DNA of 64,000 nucleotides from Podarcis melisellensis (Eukaryota), in the NCBI GenBank assembly GCA_964234715.1, contig OZ174280.1; one strand, written 5' to 3'. How positions within the stretch are numbered: the stretch's first letter is position 1; the number at the start of each line of letters is the position of its first letter. The notes beneath the pieces were generated by a model. That model was given only the letters and a program-made list of their open reading frames with translations. It searched no databases and had not been told where the DNA came from. Positions 51,000 through 64,000 of the stretch are shown here, one piece after another. The position numbers and the translations under genes are program-made.

Positions 51000-53565
51000 G
51001 TGCCCCCCCTAGAAAAATAGGTGCTGGTACTCCCCATGAAGTTGTTATAGTAAGTACCACACTTTTTAACAATGAAAAACAGGTGCCGGTACTGCATACC
51101 CTAGAGAACCCCCTGGAAAAAAACACTGTGTGTGTGTATCCATCTCAGTGCCCATAAAAGAAAATCAAATAGTTCTTGGACAAGTTTGGATTTGATATCC
51201 CGTTCTTTCTACTGAGCCCAGTCAGTCATCAGTCATGCTCATAACCATTTGACGTGATTGACAATGGTTGCCCAAGACCTCCAATGAAAGGCCTTGTTCC
51301 CAGCCTGGTTATTTAAGATATTTTAGCTGAATGGGGTAGAAGTAAAATTTGGGTATATATTCTGCCACTGGAATTTGGAAAAAAATTGAAAGGAGAGAAA
51401 TGTTTCCTGGCTAGGAATTAAGCTCAGGCCATAGTAGGGAGAGTGCCAAATCTGGACCATTGGACTCAACCCTTATGCTCCTTTGTTATCATCTCCCTCT
51501 CTTGAGACAGACGCTGGGAATGAGCGCGCCTGAAATATTAATAATTCCTAATAGGTCCTTGTCACATGAGGCGTGCTTTGTGACGATACCCCTCCTTCCT
51601 CCCCCCTCCAAAAAACGGGGGAGTTAATTGAATCAATGAAGTGAACAGCACAGCCATCCAGCATATGCCGGCTTCCCCTGTCAGCCCCAGTCATTACTGC
51701 AGGACCCATTGTCACTCCTCGTTGCTTGATTACACCACTTGGCCTGCGAGGGGATTTGATGGGAAGTGTCCAATGAGGGGCCAAGCTGTTTCCAAAGTCA
51801 GCTTTGCAAAGCCCCAGATAAAAGGGGGCTTCCCTTAATAAGGCAGGAAAAGGTTAGGACGAGAGGCATTACAGCAAATCTGGAAAGAGGTAAGGTGATA
51901 GTTTTCTCTGAGGCTTAGAGAACAGATGGGCTCCCAGGAGGTTCTGCATGTGGGTAACAGAAGAGCTGTTTCTTTTCTAGGAACACGCTTATCACTTGTG
52001 TAAAAAGTCGGCAGAGCTTTTTGCAGCTTTGGCTACGAGCTAGCCAAGAAGGAGAAGGCTTTTAAAATTTAATCAGAAGTTAGGAGAAGCATCCTCTCAA
52101 CCTGGCAGCTCCTTGCTTTGATATGCTGGCAGGCAGCTGGGTTTCTTGCTTCTTCTTCAGCTGCCTCTCTAGGTCCAGTTTTGAGCCTTAGTTATTGGAG
52201 AGGCGCTTGCATGCTTCTGGGTGCGTTTAGCGGTTTCAGCACGGTACGAGCCTCTCTGATCCTGACGAGATCTTGCATTCTCTGCTCCCAGGGAAACAGC
52301 TGAACTGGCAGGCAGCAGAGCTAATGTAGTGAAATGATGGCAGATAATGCCTGGCAATGGAGCTGCCAGCCTTGCGCATGGGTGTTGAAGGGGCAGCTGC
52401 AGAGCAAGAGAGCCCCCCCCCCAAAAAAACCCCACTTAAAGAGAATGCAGTGAGTTTTTGAACAACGCATGGTGATAACAGACATGTAGTTGCAGGCTTA
52501 GCCGTGAAACAGATTGAAAAGCAAAGACTTCCAGCTTCTCTCCTGCAGCTCTGTGCAAGAGAGAAAAAGAGGGTATAGTGCCAGGCAGCTGTTAGGAAGT
52601 ATGGCCCGTTTGTTTTATGATGCCGCGTTGGGAATCAGATCTGGTTCCTCTGTAAGGGAAAGCGTGCAGTGAAAGGGCAGAGTGGAGAATTTAGAAGCTG
52701 CAGAAAATAGCCGGCATGTCTAGCATGGCAGGAAGGTAGCAAGAAATCCGTGCTAATGATAGGTCTAGTCTGGAAGCAACCCAGGAGAGGGCGGGGGGAA
52801 CCCACCACCACCCTCTTTTTCTTGTTTCAGTTTATAAACTTGTGTGTGTATTTAAAGCAATAATCCCCTTTACTGATGATCGTAATAATCACTGTCATTG
52901 ATAATATATTTTTGTCATTTCTTAGCCAGAAGTATATGAAGCTATGACTTGCGTTTCTGCAAACAGCAGATAAGGTGGTAAGTCTATATCTGGACTGCAC
53001 CATTTCACATTTAAGGTACAGGCTAAGATCACTGAATGTTCTTCCATACAAAAACATTCCCTTCAGATGCAGAACTTTGCACATCATGACATCTTCCTCC
53101 TGACATACTAGCCGCCTTTGTGCATAGAATTTTTTGTATGGAGTATATAATCATGTGAGCCCCTGCCCACAGTTTGAAATGGTACTGCCCATAGCCAGAT
53201 TTGCCACTTCATCTGCTGTTTGTAAGAACTAGGCCACTTTCTCAGGGTAATAGGGTTAATTTTTTATAAGGAATCTTGATGCTTGATTGCATGCATGATA
53301 TGAAAAAAAGTTTTTAAAAAAACAACAACCCTGAATTTATATCCTTCACTTCTTCCGAAAGGAGCCTGGGGCAGCATAGAAAAATAGAAAACGAAAGATC
53401 ACAGTTCTGCAAAAAAATTATGGGCATACAGTACCTCTGTGGAAGACTATGTGCTACTTACTCAGTATCTGGGAATTGCCCAGGGAGCTGACTTGTAATA
53501 CTGAAGTAGTTTGTTGTGCACACTGAAGAAGAATGAAACTGATGAAATTCAATCAAATGCTGGTT

Positions 53566-54227
53566 NNNNNNNNNNNNNNNNNNNNNNNNNNNNNNNNNNN
53601 NNNNNNNNNNNNNNNNNNNNNNNNNNNNNNNNNNNNNNNNNNNNNNNNNNNNNNNNNNNNNNNNNNNNNNNNNNNNNNNNNNNNNNNNNNNNNNNNNNNN
53701 NNNNNNNNNNNNNNNNNNNNNNNNNNNNNNNNNNNNNNNNNNNNNNNNNNNNNNNNNNNNNNNNNNNNNNNNNNNNNNNNNNNNNNNNNNNNNNNNNNNN
53801 NNNNNNNNNNNNNNNNNNNNNNNNNNNNNNNNNNNNNNNNNNNNNNNNNNNNNNNNNNNNNNNNNNNNNNNNNNNNNNNNNNNNNNNNNNNNNNNNNNNN
53901 NNNNNNNNNNNNNNNNNNNNNNNNNNNNNNNNNNNNNNNNNNNNNNNNNNNNNNNNNNNNNNNNNNNNNNNNNNNNNNNNNNNNNNNNNNNNNNNNNNNN
54001 NNNNNNNNNNNNNNNNNNNNNNNNNNNNNNNNNNNNNNNNNNNNNNNNNNNNNNNNNNNNNNNNNNNNNNNNNNNNNNNNNNNNNNNNNNNNNNNNNNNN
54101 NNNNNNNNNNNNNNNNNNNNNNNNNNNNNNNNNNNNNNNNNNNNNNNNNNNNNNNNNNNNNNNNNNNNNNNNNNNNNNNNNNNNNNNNNNNNNNNNNNNN
54201 NNNNNNNNNNNNNNNNNNNNNNNNNNN
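53566..54227. other. Assembly gap (662 N)
   Basis: Run of N inside INKA2 intron 1. Confidence 1.
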
Positions 54228-54464
54228 CGACCAGATCAGATTATACAGCTTTCAAATTCTTTGCAGTTCTGTATCCTGCTGAAAACATAGAAAGAATCCA
54301 GCCTAGTAATGCATGATATTTATAGATCTCTATATAAGGCCAGACGAGTGGAAGAGAACAGAGTTCACTTCTCTTTCTCTGTTGTCTCAGTGAGACCTGC
54401 TGTTGTCATTTGGCTTCTTCTGCACTAATCTGAAATCCTCTTTTTCTCCCCCCTCTCCTAACAG

Positions 54465-55511
54465 CTTTCCATGAAGGAGGTTGGAGACGGGCTACATGAA
54501 CAGATGAACTGCATGATGGGTGCTCTGCAGGAGCTGAAACTCCTCCAGGTCCAGACAGCTTTGGAACAGCTGGAGATCTCAAGCAATCCAAGCCAGGTTC
54601 CAGGAATCGGCCAGCACCAATATTGTCAAAACAATAAGGAAGCACCAAGAGGAAGGTGTGAAGCCAGCAGACAGGGCGAGAAGCTGCTGGAAAGAAGCTA
54701 CTTGCAGGACTGCAGTTCCTCAGCCTTTTCGTGCTCTACTCAGGGGTCACAATCCGCCAGCCCGCTTCACCGCATCACTTTGCCAGACAGTAGCCATGGA
54801 TACATGACTTCTTCCCTTAACAGCATAAGCAGTGAGGACTTTTATCATGCAAGTGGACATTCATCAACAGTGAGCACGGCAGAGTACCATTCTCCGAGGA
54901 CGTTTGAGTCGTCCAGTGAGCACATGACAAGAAGCTGGTTTTCCCAAGACACAAACAGCTGGTCCGAGAGTAGATCGGGGTGCAGGGAATGTCAGTTCTC
55001 CGATGAGACCAACGACTGGACTTCCTCGCTGATGTCTCAGAGCAGGAATCGACAGCCTCTCATCTTGGGCGACAACATCTTTGCTGATTTGGTTGGAAAC
55101 TGGTTGGATTTGCCTGAGATAGACAAAAAGGTGGAGAAGAACGAGTCAACCCTGTCAAGCAGCAGGTCCCAGGAGTTTTGCAGGAAGTTCTCCCTCACGG
55201 CCAATATCTTTAAGAAGTTCTTAAGGAGCGTCCGGCCAGATCGAGACAGGTTGCTGAAGGAGAAGCCTTGCTGGCTGCCGACAGAAGATAAAGAGGCCGA
55301 AATCTTAAAGAGGCCCAAAAAGGCAAGCAAACAGAAGGGGACCTTTTACTTCCCGGTCCATGGGAACCTAGCAAACTCACACGACAAAGCAGAAAGGTGC
55401 CAAAAGAAGGAAACAGGCAAGGCCAAGGCCAAACATTGCACCAAGAAGATCCACAACACAATAGAACACACTCAGTCAGGGTTTGATTTTAACACAGCTG
55501 TATGGGTCTGA
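54465..55511 (+). CDS. INKA2: INKA2 coding exon 2 (FAM212 domain / Inka box)
   Basis: Polypyrimidine tract + CAG acceptor ending at 54464. Encodes LSMKEVGDGLHEQMNCMMGALQELKLLQVQTALEQLEIS...DWTSSLMSQSRNRQPLILGDNIFADLVGNWLDLPE...GFDFNTAVWV*. Synteny with DDX20 matches human. Confidence 0.96.
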   Translation, partial: LSMKEVGDGLHEQMNCMMGALQELKLLQVQTALEQLEISSNPSQVPGIGQHQYCQNNKEAPRGRCEASRQGEKLLERSYLQDCSSSAFSCSTQGSQSASPLHRITLPDSSHGYMTSSLNSISSEDFYHASGHSSTVSTAEYHSPRTFESSSEHMTRSWFSQDTNSWSESRSGCRECQFSDETNDWTSSLMSQSRNRQPLILGDNIFADLVGNWLDLPEIDKKVEKNESTLSSSRSQEFCRKFSLTANIFKKFLRSVRPDRDRLLKEKPCWLPTEDKEAEILKRPKKASKQKGTFYFPVHGNLANSHDKAERCQKKETGKAKAKHCTKKIHNTIEHTQSGFDFNTAVWV

Positions 55512-55875
55512 ACTTGTTATCTCCTTTGCCTCCACTGTTCTGCCCCAATCAGGAGATAAAACAGCGAGAAAGGTGGAAGAAAAAGAGATCTGGCATGCAT
55601 GGACTGGGGTGAGGAAAGGGAGAAGGAGTTGATCTCCATACATTGACACAAATCACTTCCCAACTAACATCTATTGGATAAAGGGAGTCAGTTTGTATTC
55701 AGAGACTCCCCACACTAATGCTTAAGAGAATCTTTCACAGTTTGGGGAAGAAGGGAGGCACAGCAGCGTCTTAATTAGCTGTTCCTCTAGACTCCCACTT
55801 TCATAGGCTTCAAGGTTGCCAAACATTTTCAGTTCATCTCTGATTCAGGTAGCAAGAGAATGTTACGTCTCAGTA

Positions 55876-55915
55876 TGTGTGTGTGTGCAAGCTGGTGTGT
55901 GTGTGTGTGTGTGTG
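55876..55915. repeat. Interrupted (GT)n microsatellite in the presumed INKA2 3' UTR
   Basis: Directly visible. Confidence 0.85.
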
Positions 55916-57764
55916 TTTACAATTTAACTTTGCTTTTTTCCTGTGTGCACTAAATCCTGGATCACACTCCAGGCAAATGAATAAGCACTTGATAATTAAA
56001 TTAAGAGTGAGGGTTGGATTTGTAAGAAGAAGAGAGGCTGTGGGAAATGATTTGAGTGAAGTTTGTACAACCACATTGCGTTTGACTGTTCTTTTTCTAA
56101 AGCGTTTTTTCTGGCTCACCCCTCATAATCTGTACTGTACTAGAATGTGTCTAAGGAGTGCTATGTAGTGAGTAGCCAACTCATCGTTGCAACTTTAGGG
56201 TTACCAAACACGCTTCACCTCTTCATTTTGCCCTCAAAGCCTTAAACTATGATGCCACACTGAGGTCCCAAGTTGCAATAGACCTTTCCTTGACTTTATT
56301 GTTTCATTTTGCATTTCTTATTCTGTACAAGTTTAGTCTTGTGGGAAATTAGTTCTCCAGCGGTCAGCTCTCCCAAGAGTTTGTTATTAATAAAGCGATG
56401 TTCCTCTCTCCACGTATGGCTTGGTGGGGCTGTTTGTGCATTGTGAGAAACTTGTGGGAAAATTCTCATTATGCCTCGGTTATGTAGGCGGAGAAGTCGC
56501 ATGTCACATGTCTCTGATGGCAGGAAGTTGAGGGTTCAGAAAGAAAACTGAAAAAGTGACCATGGGTGGTAAGTCTGTGGTGATGGTTTCACTGGTTGTT
56601 GGGACTGGCCCTGAATTCCCAAACTCCACTGCTTAACACTTGGCCGATCTTCTTGGGCCCTGCATTCCCCATCTGTAAAATGAAGAGCGGATGACTTAAA
56701 CAGAACGCAGGTTTGTGACACTTGAGGAAAAAAGAATGAAGGCATAACACCCTGGGAAGCTGAATGGGTGTGCCAAAGTTTCTTTTCTTTCTAAGATTAT
56801 AATAGGAGTCAGTTTGACTCAGACAACCTGGAAGTTTGTGGCAGAACTTACACCTACATTTTGAGTTGTTCTAATCTTGATTTTATTTTAACCAAACAGT
56901 ACTATGCAGTTAATGTACTCCTTTCAACTTTGCTAAGCAATGAGAGGGCCAGAAACGTGTTTTGTTTTTTTAAAAAATATGTCAGTGCTGTCTTATAAAA
57001 TTATGTTCCTGTTTCAGTTCCACTAAGACAAACAGTCAAGTTGGAAGAGCCACCAGGATACTATATCTGAGAGCCCCCCCCCCCCCGTGCTTACAAATGA
57101 ATTAAACATAGGCACAAGGCAAGCACTATTTTTTGCCCTTACAAGGAATCAAAAGCTGGTGAAGGATCTACTATGGGCACACAGGCATGATACACTTTCC
57201 ATTTTTCCAGCAACTGCAACCCTTTCTCATTCTTTGCTTTCCCAAATTAATGGACATTATTTCATTATATATAATGCTATCTATGCCCCAAATAGTTAAT
57301 AACCATATGCTGATAATAACTGACTACCTACTGTCTTTGTACTACGTACAAGTACTTCATAAGAAAATGTCCAGCTGCATTAAGGTCAATATAAGTGGAT
57401 GACTGCTAGCTCAGGCACAACATGCATGTCTCGCAGAAGTCCCATGATTCTTTTTTCCACTCTCTGTCCTCAGTCCAAAGGAGGCTGAACTGGCTGCAGG
57501 TCTGAATAGGAGAAGGGAAGACAAGAAGTTTGCTGAACTTTGTCTCCTCTGGTCATTTTCCCGTTCAAACTCATCAACCTGTGTTTTCATCCATGGGGAG
57601 AAGACACAGGGAGTCCTGTGAGGTGGGGGGAGCAGCCCAGTCTTTTTGTTTTTGTTTTTTGAACCCTAAACTATGGCAGAAAGAATCACAGAAAACTGCA
57701 TGGTGCCTAATTTGAGTGTTATGGCTTTAAGTAAAGATTATATATGGTCAGGGTGTATATAATC

Positions 57765-58443
57765 GGGAGTGTATGAGCAGTTAGGGGAGGGGGTAGTACC
57801 TCTGGTGGGAGACACATTGTGCTGCTTCTGGGGTAGTTTGTCCACCTTTGGTCCCCACCTTGCCCTCAGCTCTCACCTGTGGCTCCTAGAAATTGTCCAT
57901 GCGACAGCAGCCACACCCCAGGACTAGCTAATGGATTTCAAACCCTTGGTGAGGTAGGAAGTTCCCCTGCATACAAAGACAGACTCCGGCGGATTGAGTG
58001 GATGAGACCAATAGTGGGTCCAGTGGTCAAGAAGGTGGTTTCTGCATGTGCTGTAGAGGGAAGTGAGGGGCAGATGGGGCTCATCATCCTGAGAAGGTAG
58101 CCCATGTAGGGGAAGGAAAACTCTGATCCTAAGCCTCCGCTACCTTGTGGGATATCTTCAGAAGAAGAAAAGGCTCAGGAGTAAACCCTACAGAAATCTG
58201 AAGTAGGAGTCCCTAAGACAGCTGGATACCTCCTTGTATGCAACCTTCCAGCAACTTGCAGTCAAGCTGGTGCTAAATGTATTGCTCTGCTTTCCCTTGG
58301 ACCACGTCCGCGAGGGGAGGTGGTCCTGTCATCTGGGCAGCCAGGGCCTCCATACGCACTGCCCAGGCTTGCACCCCGGGGAGGCTATTTCTGTGCTTTC
58401 ACAACGGTTTGTCTCTTGAGACAGATGGATGCCAGCAACAACA
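57765..58443 (+). mobile_element. Probable RTE-related non-autonomous retroelement
   Basis: GC-richer ~680-bp block with GGAAGGAAAACTCTGAT (reminiscent of RTE 5' UTRs) and a short CAA tail; no ORF; classification from memory only. Confidence 0.5.
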
Positions 58444-58794
58444 GTATAAATCCATGGAGCATTGGTGAACTCTGTGCCCCATGCCATCTTAAAATCATTT
58501 TAAAATCAGAAGAGAAGAGATACACAATGATCCAGATGTAGATCTATTGAAACATGGAGTATATAAATGTCTTCAGCTGCTTTTTAAAGGCTAGGAAGGA
58601 AGGACAAAAGTAGACATGTTGAGGGTGCAAATCCTCACTGCAGAGCCTGTCCCAGTAAAAGACCAATATGCGGGCATAATGGTGAAATAAATAAAACAAT
58701 GGCGGCCTTTGTGAAATTCCAGAAGGCTCAAGTAGTCGGATCCTGCAAGCAGTTTAGAGAGCAGAGACAGGGAATCTATGGCTCTGCAGATGTT

Positions 58795-59090
58795 CCTGGA
58801 CTCCCAACTCAAAGCAGTTTCAGCCGGCATAACTAAAAGTCAGTGATGGGAGTTGTCATCCAACAACCTCGGGGGGGGGCTATTGGTTCCCCATCCCTGA
58901 TATAAAGTGAGCAGGAAACATACTTAACAGTTGGAGGCTGTTGGACTTTGAGAGACATACTGAAGCAAGCTTCCCCAGGCTGGTGCCCTTCAGATGATGT
59001 TGAAATACAGCTTCCATCATAGGCAGTCGTGGGTGGAAGTGATGGGTGCTGGAGTCCATCAACTGACCAGAGGACACCATGTTAGGGAAG
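58795..59090. mobile_element. Two adjacent degenerate hairpin MITEs
   Basis: CAGATGTT...ACTCCCA...TGGGAGTTG...CAACAACC motifs shared with the 11225 family. Confidence 0.5.
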
Positions 59091-62000
59091 TCTGCTGTAA
59101 GCAACGTTTATGGACAAAGGGTCCTTGTATATAAGAGGATGAAACCTCCAGAGCATTACACGGAACATGAAAATGGGGAGCCACTCCCATGGCATGTAAA
59201 ACAGCTTTCTGTCATTGTCTCTCATGGTTGTAAACTCCACTGCCCTGCCTGCTTGCTCACACACAGCCAACAGAACTCCACGCAGGCCCTGCCACTCCAG
59301 GTTTTATAAATAAGGTAATGTGAGCTGATTTTGCCATGCCACGTGGTTCCTCGCAAATGGCAAAAGCCCCCATAACAACAGCTGTCAGCAAGCACTGTTT
59401 CCCTCCTGTCTGACAAGGAAGCCAACTGGAACTCCTCCTGAGAAAGAGACCTTTGGCCTCTCCTGCCTTTCCCTGACAGCTGCACGAAAAGCATCAGAAC
59501 ACTCTCCCTTTTATGTGATATTAGTGGGGCCACAGGAGGGGGGGAATATAAGAGAGAGAAAAGATTGCCAGTGGAAACTCTACCCTGCGCCAGGTTGCAG
59601 TTGAGAGACCCTCAGACAGCCATATTGATTACATTTCCCCTGGTTATGGGAAGATATTAAAAGCTTGTGAGGGAAGAAGTTCACAAGCGTCCCACAGGTC
59701 GGCTCCAACACTGCACAGAACGTCTGTTCCCTTGATACTGTACAGCTCCTGCAGCTGTTGACTGGGTAACTCCTATTAACCAGGACTGTCTGAAGTTTGT
59801 TGGTGGTCTGCTTTAATCTGATGGGACTCGAGGCTCACTGTGGTCTAGACAGAGTCATAATTTTCTGAGGTGTACACTCGCCTGTGTATTGTGCCCATTC
59901 TAGTATTCTACCCAAGACCTTGTGCCATGAACATCATACACAACACAATCCTTGAGTGAAGCATTTCCCCCCTACTAGTGCTCAAGGGACAGCTGGCGAC
60001 AGCGCCTGCCCTAACATTAGGTAAAATGAGGCAGCTGCCTCAGGCAGCAGGTGTGGGGGAAAATGAGGGCAGTGGCAGCAGCCCCCCCCCCCCAGCCATT
60101 CCTCCGGAGCTCCCTGGCTGCTTCTTTCTGTCAGAAGCTAGAATTTAGTACACCATGTGTCCTGCCATGCACACCCTGTGGTACAGTGGAGAATGTTGTC
60201 TGTTCACCAGTACTGAGGTAAGATCCAGCTGCCAGCCAAGTTGTGTTCTGTACTTGGAATGGGGAGAGGCATGATCTTGGGCTTCACTTCAGGAAGCAAA
60301 GTATCTTGGGCTGGTCTTGGATAGTGACACAATGAAGGGAAGGTGGAAGAATTTAGGACAGAATTTAGGACAGTAGTAAGTAGCCAATTCCAGAAGTCAC
60401 TTTTACCTGAGCACAGCACTCCTCTTAATTGGCCAACTTACAGCCAATTCTCATGAACCCCAAAGCAAGGTGCGACTTCACAGCACATCATAGATGGTCG
60501 TGAACCGAAGCAGCCATCTATCTGCTTCACTACAGGACCAAGAAAAGTCTGTTATAAGGATTTTAAGAATCTCCCCCTCTGACCTCATCCCACATAAAAA
60601 ATTGAACTGGCTGGAATCAGAGATGGGCTGCTGTAACACCCTTTAAATTTGCCACACGCGCAAGTCCAATTCTGGGGTCACAAAAATCAAGCCTGAAATT
60701 GATGGGAATCGCAATTTGAGATGGAATCTAATAACTCAAGCTAAAAGAAGGGTTAAGCACCGCTGAAATTAATGGAGCTTATGCTGGAGGAATTATTTGT
60801 GAGTCACAGCTATAGTTTTTGGCAGAGTCTGGGTCAGACAGTTGGCAGAAGCCTTGCAAGAGGGGAGTCAGTACTGACAATGTTGTGCAGACTGAGAGAC
60901 AAACGAGGAAGGGAACAATGTGAAAGCACAGGCTTGGCTGCAAATTCCATCTAATCTCAACTCACAGACCGTCTTGATCGATTTCGGCTGGGGGCCCCCT
61001 ATTTAATATTTTGAAGGCATCATTAATTGCTGTCTCACTGCCTTCGTGACTTTCCCTGAAATGATAATACAGGGCTTTTCCCTTGCCTGATGCTATTTCC
61101 ATAAAATGATTTTGCATTGTTGGGGAAGGGACGTGCCTAATTAGCCTGACAGAAGTATTTAATGAGGCACCATCAGATTCCTGCATCTTGGTTAGGATTT
61201 GTAAATGCAAAGCACACGACACAATAGCACCATTACCTATCACCCCACCCCGTTAATTACAGCACATTCCCCCACCCCTGGCTTATTTCATGCAGTTTAT
61301 GTGAGGAATAATAAATGAACCTCAGGCTTCCGGGTGTATTAGAATCCCCCCATTTTTGCTGCCACAGGAACAAATGATAAAAAGAGCTTGAACATCCCTT
61401 TAATATTGATGATGCCCACCCAAATAAAATTCTAGGATCGCAGGATTACAGGGGCCCAGAGAAACATTATGAACCTCTCCCAAAACTGGCACCCCCTGCC
61501 ACACAATAGCTGGCTTCAAATGAACACATATAATCCCAAGCACCGTGTGCCACAATCAGACTGCAAGAGTGAACAAGGCACGCTTCACAGAGGTGCCTGC
61601 AGACCAAATGATGCTTAAGCAGATAGATCCAGGAATTGCTAAACATTTTCTCCACATGCGATCTGGTTGTGTGAATGGGTTCAGAATACTCTGGTCAGGG
61701 AGGAATCATCCAGAGGACTTCTTGCCCCTTTTCTATCACACCAGGGTCATTTCATGTTTTATAGTGCCATAGTATAAAGACCAGAGTTCAAATCCCCTCT
61801 CACTTGGTGGCCTTAGGCCAGTTATTGCCTCTCATCCTAGCCCACTTCACAGTGTTATTGTGAACATAAACTGAAAGGAGGGAGAACCATGCATGACATC
61901 TTAACCTCCTTGGGTCAAGGTGGGATAGATATTTATAAAAGGTGGGGTATATGTTTATATAAATGCCAGGAGTAATCCGTCCACGTGGCCTGGAATTGTC

Positions 62001-63357
62001 CTAGCACAGTGACTGTGACATCACCAGCTTTCTTTCCTGTCAACTCTGCAGTTGGAGGAACACGATATTAATAAATCAGCCCATGGCCATCTATTTTATC
62101 CTGAGGCAGGCGGCGGAGGGTGGGGGGAGCATTGGATTTTAATTCAGTCTCTGGTAGCTTCTAATGAAATACAGTACTATCTCTTTTCATCAAAATTCAC
62201 CCCTTTCCTTCTAGACGGTCATTTCTTGTCATCATATTCCATCCATCAGAAATCCAGAGCCAGCTGCTGTGGTTTTGACTCGTCAATTGACTTTTAGGAT
62301 GGACCAGTCATTGGTAGGCACATATCTTTCCAGTTCTTATCTTATTTCTCTTCACAACAACTCTGTAAGGTAACTTAGACTTAGAGACAGTGATTTACCC
62401 AATCTTGGATGCACCAGTGGAGATTTGTACCTGGGTTTATTTGAACCTAACTCTGTAAGCTAAAGTGCATGGCAGAAGTAAATATTTCTTCTCCTTTCTT
62501 CAGCTGTATCAGCCATGGAAAAACATCAGTGCTGGGAGTTGCCTTGTAAGCAGTCCTAATATAGTAACTATATGGGCGGCTTCTGTAGGCCTTCGCTATG
62601 GATTACACCTCAAGGAACAGCAGCTCTGCTGTGACTCAGTCTCAAGATAGCAAGAAGGAGGCTTTGCAGCTGGCGACTAGAACGTCAATAGTCAGGTTCC
62701 CCAGATACATAAAGCCCTAGGAATTTTTTTTGCAGGGGGCAGAGAGAAGAGCGCTGCCGTTTTACTTCTGCAAAATGGAGACTGTGTGACAATGAAAAAT
62801 ATAGTGCTTTGCAGATATTGCTAAATAGAGGCAACGTATGGCCCATGAGCCACCTCTCATTAATTTAATTTATATCTCCTTGTAGGATTGCCAGCTGGCC
62901 ATAGTTTTACAAGCCCATCATTTTACTCTCATAGCCTCTCGCCAGAATTAGAAGATGCAAATCAGAATAAATGCCATCAAAGCCATTTCTGCTGTTCATG
63001 ACGAAATGATGCATCTGCTGTCGTAGAACACATGTGAGCATTAAGGTGCCAGACAGGAGTGGTGGCTGCATTTGCAGTGAATTTTGCACACAGGAGTAAT
63101 GCAGTGCAACTACAGCTGCAATGCTATTCAATTTGCTTTCAAATGGAAACAAAAGGTCCAGCAAATATATGCTGAACAATGCTCTGCTCCAGGAATAGAC
63201 AACATGCTGAATTATAGACAAAGTGATGTGAGGGTGATGGAGAAATCAGTCATATAAAACTTTATATCTTTCATTATAGTGAAAACTGTGATGCTCTTTT
63301 ATACACACTTTAACGTGATGCAATAGCTGCTGTTGCATGAGTCTGTTAAGCCCATGT

Positions 63358-63479
63358 AATCATCATCATCATCATCATCATCATTTATAATAATACTGTT
63401 TCCCCAGCCACTCTTCCAACAGAATATTAAAATACAATAGTCTATTAAACATTAAAAGCTTCCCTTAACAGGGCTGCCT
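63358..63479 (-). mobile_element. L2 LINE 3' end with (CAT)n microsatellite tail
   Basis: Reverse complement of AGGCAGCCCTGTTAAGGGAAGCTTTTAATG...GAGTGGCTGGGGAAAC, same family as 16640. Confidence 0.75.
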
Positions 63480-64000
63480 ACTGGGGGCCAGAGCATAATG
63501 TGGGGGATAATGGGGCTGATAATATAGATTGAACTCACAGAAATGCCTCTTCAGTATAGGACTGATTTTAAGGGAAGAAAGAGCAAACAAGAAATAGCTA
63601 CTTCTCTCCATTCAAATACATGATACTAATATGGATTTATAATTTTTCATTTGTCTAATGTATTACCCTAATATGGATTATGAAGGAAACCATTGCTCCC
63701 TCTGCTCACCCCAAAAAGCTCATCAACTTGCAATTTTGAAGGCTTAATCCACTCTGACAGGTCTCCCATGCCTGCAAATTTCAGCTACTTCTAGCGAAAG
63801 GGGGAAAGCTATAACTGTTTTTATTCCCCATAAGAGTGAGTGTAGGGTACGGGGCGGGAACAAGGCTTCATTTTATACAGTGTGGCTCAGAACCCAAATC
63901 ACAGATCAAAGCGGATAGAGCCCAGAGGGTCTCAGAATCAGATCAGATTCCCCTCCCCCCCAAAAAAAACACCAGCTACAAGGCAAATCTTGGAACCTGT

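Noticed and set aside
52235-52255. REST/RE1-like TTCAGCAC
   Set aside because: The second half-site (GGACAG) is absent.
53511-54290. 259-aa and 249-aa ORFs
   Set aside because: Artefacts of reading through the N gap.
56389-56394. AATAAA as the INKA2 polyadenylation signal
   Set aside because: Several other AATAAA hexamers occur further downstream; the true site cannot be chosen without transcript data.

Overview
Vertebrate genomic DNA, most likely a lacertid lizard (inferred from Sauria SINEs of the Podarcis-like type plus BovB, L2, CR1 and Penelope remnants). Two divergently transcribed protein-coding genes are present. DDX20/Gemin3 lies on the minus strand (coding exons 1-6, continuing off the left edge). 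INKA2/FAM212B lies on the plus strand (short coding exon 1 at about 28.6 kb, a ~25.8 kb intron, large exon 2 at 54465-55511). Each has a CpG-island promoter. The rest is intergenic or intronic DNA rich in squamate transposable elements, with a 662-nt assembly gap at 53566-54227. Nearly all other ORFs in the track are spurious or TE-derived. I found no convincing novel multi-gene system. The best second-look items are a 19/20 zero-spacer p53 response element in INKA2 intron 1, Penelope hammerhead-ribozyme remnants (one a fold-back insertion with a 12-bp TSD), a hAT MITE carrying TTAGGG repeats, and a nested MITE/L2 chimera upstream of INKA2.
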